From NCBI GenBank assembly GCA_030704615.1, contig CM060732.1, positions 78,988,001 through 79,052,000 on the forward strand: a stretch of 64,000 nucleotides of DNA, given 5' to 3'. Source of the stretch: Takakia lepidozioides. Lineage: Eukaryota > Plantae > Bryophyta. This document shows positions 61,062-64,000 of the stretch, in pieces. Under the pieces are notes generated by a model. It made no database searches. It had not been told where the DNA came from and saw nothing but the letters and a program-made list of their open reading frames with translations. Each line of letters begins with the position of its first letter. Within the stretch, counting starts at the first letter, position 1. The position numbers and the translations under genes were made by a program.

Positions 61062-64000
61062 TGGTATCAAAGCCAGGAGGCTCTCTAGAACAATGCTTGA
61101 ATAAGTGAGTAGTCAAGACGGTTCAGTGACTGTGAGAGTTCCAGTTAGATACTGACATCGGTTGATTTGCTCTAAGCTAATACTCTGGTTTCTAAGTGAG
61201 AGTTCCTTAGAACAGTTCTTATTTCATATCGGTTGTTTTGTGCTACGCTAACACTCTGGTTTCTAAGTGAGAGTTCCTTCGAACAGTTCTTGTTTTTTTT
61301 GTATCGAACTCAACGGAGCTGGCACGAATATTTTCCGAGAGTGACAAGTTGGACGGTTCGAAGAACTATGTATCCTGGTCCATTCGTGTGAAGAATATCT
61401 TGAAACGTGATGAAGTGTGGGATGAACTTGGCTTTGATCCTCCACATGCAGGTGCAGAAGGTGGCGTTGGTGCTCCTGGGGAAGTGGTCAATACTAACGT
61501 ACAAGCTCAAGCACCGGACGTTGCTGTTGATCCTCTTGCACCGGTCGATATTGCTGGTGGAGTCGTAGCACTTAGTCCACAAGAACTTGCCCGCAAGAAG
61601 GTGAAGACAGTATCCATCTTAGCAGCAACAGTAAAAGACAAGTGTCTCCCAACTGTCAACAAGTTTGATGCGGATCCAGGGGATTTGCTATTCTATCAGC
61701 TATCAACCATCAGTGTGATGTGGATGCGGAAATGGGGGCCATGTGGCAATATAATATTTTTTTCTGGGGCTGCCCGTAATTTTATGCTTGGATTTGTGAG
61801 AAACAATAATGAAAAATGACACGGGATTGTACTGACAGGCCACCGTTGGCTGCCGAAGGTGGAGGAGGTTGAGCGGGAGAACATAAAGGTAAAAATGAAA
61901 TAAATGGATGTCGAAGAAAAAAAACAAAAAAAAACAACAACAACAACATGAGATATGGACTTCTAACGTTGAAGAATTCTGCACAAACGTGGAAGAATTC
62001 TGCATGTTTTTTAGCCATTTTAATCTCTAGCTTGGATTATCGTATCCTACGGAATATGCAGGGATGCCGGTGAAAAAAAATAAAATTTGTTGGACCTAAG
62101 TTGAACGAAGGTGGCTCTTCTGTTCTTGTATAAGGTATTTTTTGCTTTTTGGAATGTGATCTTGTATTCAATTTCAAACTCTAATTTTTTTCCGGGCAGG
62201 TTCATTGGGCAGATTGAAATGTTTTTGTTCACCTTCGTTGACCTTCGTCACTGATGGAATTGCGTTGGTAACTGACAGAATAGGAGCTCTCCGGATCCAG
62301 CGAGGTGCTCGGCCCATTTCAAACAACGTTTTGGTGGTGACTTGCTGCAGAGACAACTTCTACTCGAACAAAAGTTGCAACAAGTTTCCATGACCGATGG
62401 AACTTCAGTGGAGGACTACTTGAAGCAAGTCGAAGATCTTGCAGGCCTACTAGCTAGTATTAACGCTAAAGTAGATGAAGTCAAACTGATGCATATTGTA
62501 CTCAAAGGACTTCCACTTAGCTGGAGTTCTTTCATATCTAACTTTGGTTCTAACTTATCTAAGCTTCCTCGACCAACTTTCACAGACTTGGTTGAACGCA
62601 TGCAATCCGAGGAGTATTGGCGTCGTGGCAAGATGGAAGACGAACTCATGAAGAAGCAATGCTTGCAGGCCCAGTTCACCCGGAATGCAGTATGAGGCAA
62701 AGGCAGGCCCTTCAACAACCCCAACAAAGCGCAGAACCAGTTCGGAGGTTCACCTCGACCCAGCTTCAACCGAGGAGGGCGTCGCAATACCAACTGCAAC
62801 TACTGTGGAAAATCTGGCCATTGGGAAGCTGACTGCGATCTCAAAAAGATTGAGGAGCAAATAGCGACTCCTTAGTTCAAGGCTGCAGGAATGCGCCGCT
62901 CTAAGTTCCAAGCTAATGTGGTTGAAGTTTTCGATGATGACGAGGAAGAGGACCTTGATGAGTTCCCTGAGTATCACTCCGGTGAAGTCAATATGGTAGA
63001 ACAAGACCATGAGACCCGTGACTGGTTTATGGACTCCGGAGCAACTAATCATGTCACTGGTGACAAAGAGCAGTTCAGTAGTTTTGCTTCTCGAGTCTCT
63101 GGTACCTCATCTGGTGTAACTGCCGCCAGTGGCGCTAAGATGTCTATGGGCGGTAGAGGAATTGTCAATCTTTTTGATAATAAAGCATTCAAAAATGTTC
63201 TCTACGTGCCTGGAGTCACCAAAAGCTTGATGTCACTTGGCAAAATTACAGACAAAGGTTATCTTGTGTTGTTTAATTCTAAATCGTGTATAGTGTTTGA
63301 GAAAGATAACCCTCACCGGGTACATCTTTACGGTACACGTGATTCTTCTAATAGTCTGTATCGGCTCAAGCATTCGTTACAAGGCCAAGCTGCACTTATT
63401 GATCCTGGCGCTTCACTTACATCTCTAGCCTCGATCCGCCCTAACTCCATCGAAGGCTAAGTACTTACCTTTACAGATGACTACAGTCGCTACACATGGG
63501 TGTATTTTCTAGCAGCTAAAAGTGAAGCCTTTGCAAGGAATTTGCGAAGTCAGGGCTTATGGAACTATTCCACGCAATCATGTTGTTCAGAACGAAATTC
63601 AGGGGCCCATGGAACCATTCCACGCAATCAGGATGCTGAAGAACAAAATCGAGATGTTGAGGATGTGCATGGTAATGACATTAACGACCTTCATCCTGAT
63701 GTGGCTCCCAGAAGCGATGATGATAATGTCTATCATGGAGATCGGTTAGCTTCTCCAATTATATAACCCGTGAGGCATTCGACTCGGGCAGCTCGACGCT
63801 TACCTGTGCACCTACATGACTATGATTTGAGCTTCGGTGAAGAAACTGTTGATCCCGTTAGTGACAATATTACTCTGGCAGAAGCTTTACGTGATCCTGG
63901 GTGGACCAAGGCCATGCAAGAAGAATATGATTCTCATAAAGAATCATACCTGGGAGTTAATCAAGCTTCCTCCAAATTGTAAGACACTATCAGTGAAGTG
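60839..64000 (+). mobile_element. Degenerate Ty1/Copia retrotransposon, running off the window
   Basis: Gag LDGSKNYVSWS and VLKGLPLSWSSF; zinc knuckle CNYCGKSGHWEADC; protease WFMDSGATNHVTG; NVLYVPG; integrase remnant YLPFTDDYSRYTWVYFL; RT-proximal WTKAMQEEYDS. Stops, deletions and an insertion of about 620 bp in gag. Confidence 0.93.

Overview
Eukaryotic nuclear DNA from a land plant, probably a bryophyte or other non-seed plant (inferred from GT-AG introns, a telo-box, and Copia and L1-like retroelements). Host genes: an intact mitoferrin-type mitochondrial carrier (15.3-17.1 kb), an intact RRP17/NOL12-like gene (19.3-21.2 kb), and an intact CYP71-clan P450 (55.7-58.8 kb) with an inverted pseudogene copy. 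Damaged genes: a bacterial-type zinc alcohol dehydrogenase with two lesions (29.2-32.9 kb), and relics of uL22 and a cationic amino-acid transporter. Mobile DNA: a decayed L1-like LINE, five 3' fragments of a second LINE family, three copies of one LTR, an 8-bp-TSD MITE with its empty site, and a Copia element at the right end. The most unusual part is the repeat-rich block at about 39.9-48.9 kb. It holds three degenerate copies of a spliced gene that appears to join a ParB/Srx-like domain (DGNHR) to a beta-class N6A/N4C DNA-methyltransferase fold with a non-canonical motif IV. A TTTCGGCGCCGAAA palindrome recurs across the same block. All assignments come from manual motif reading; no database searches were run.
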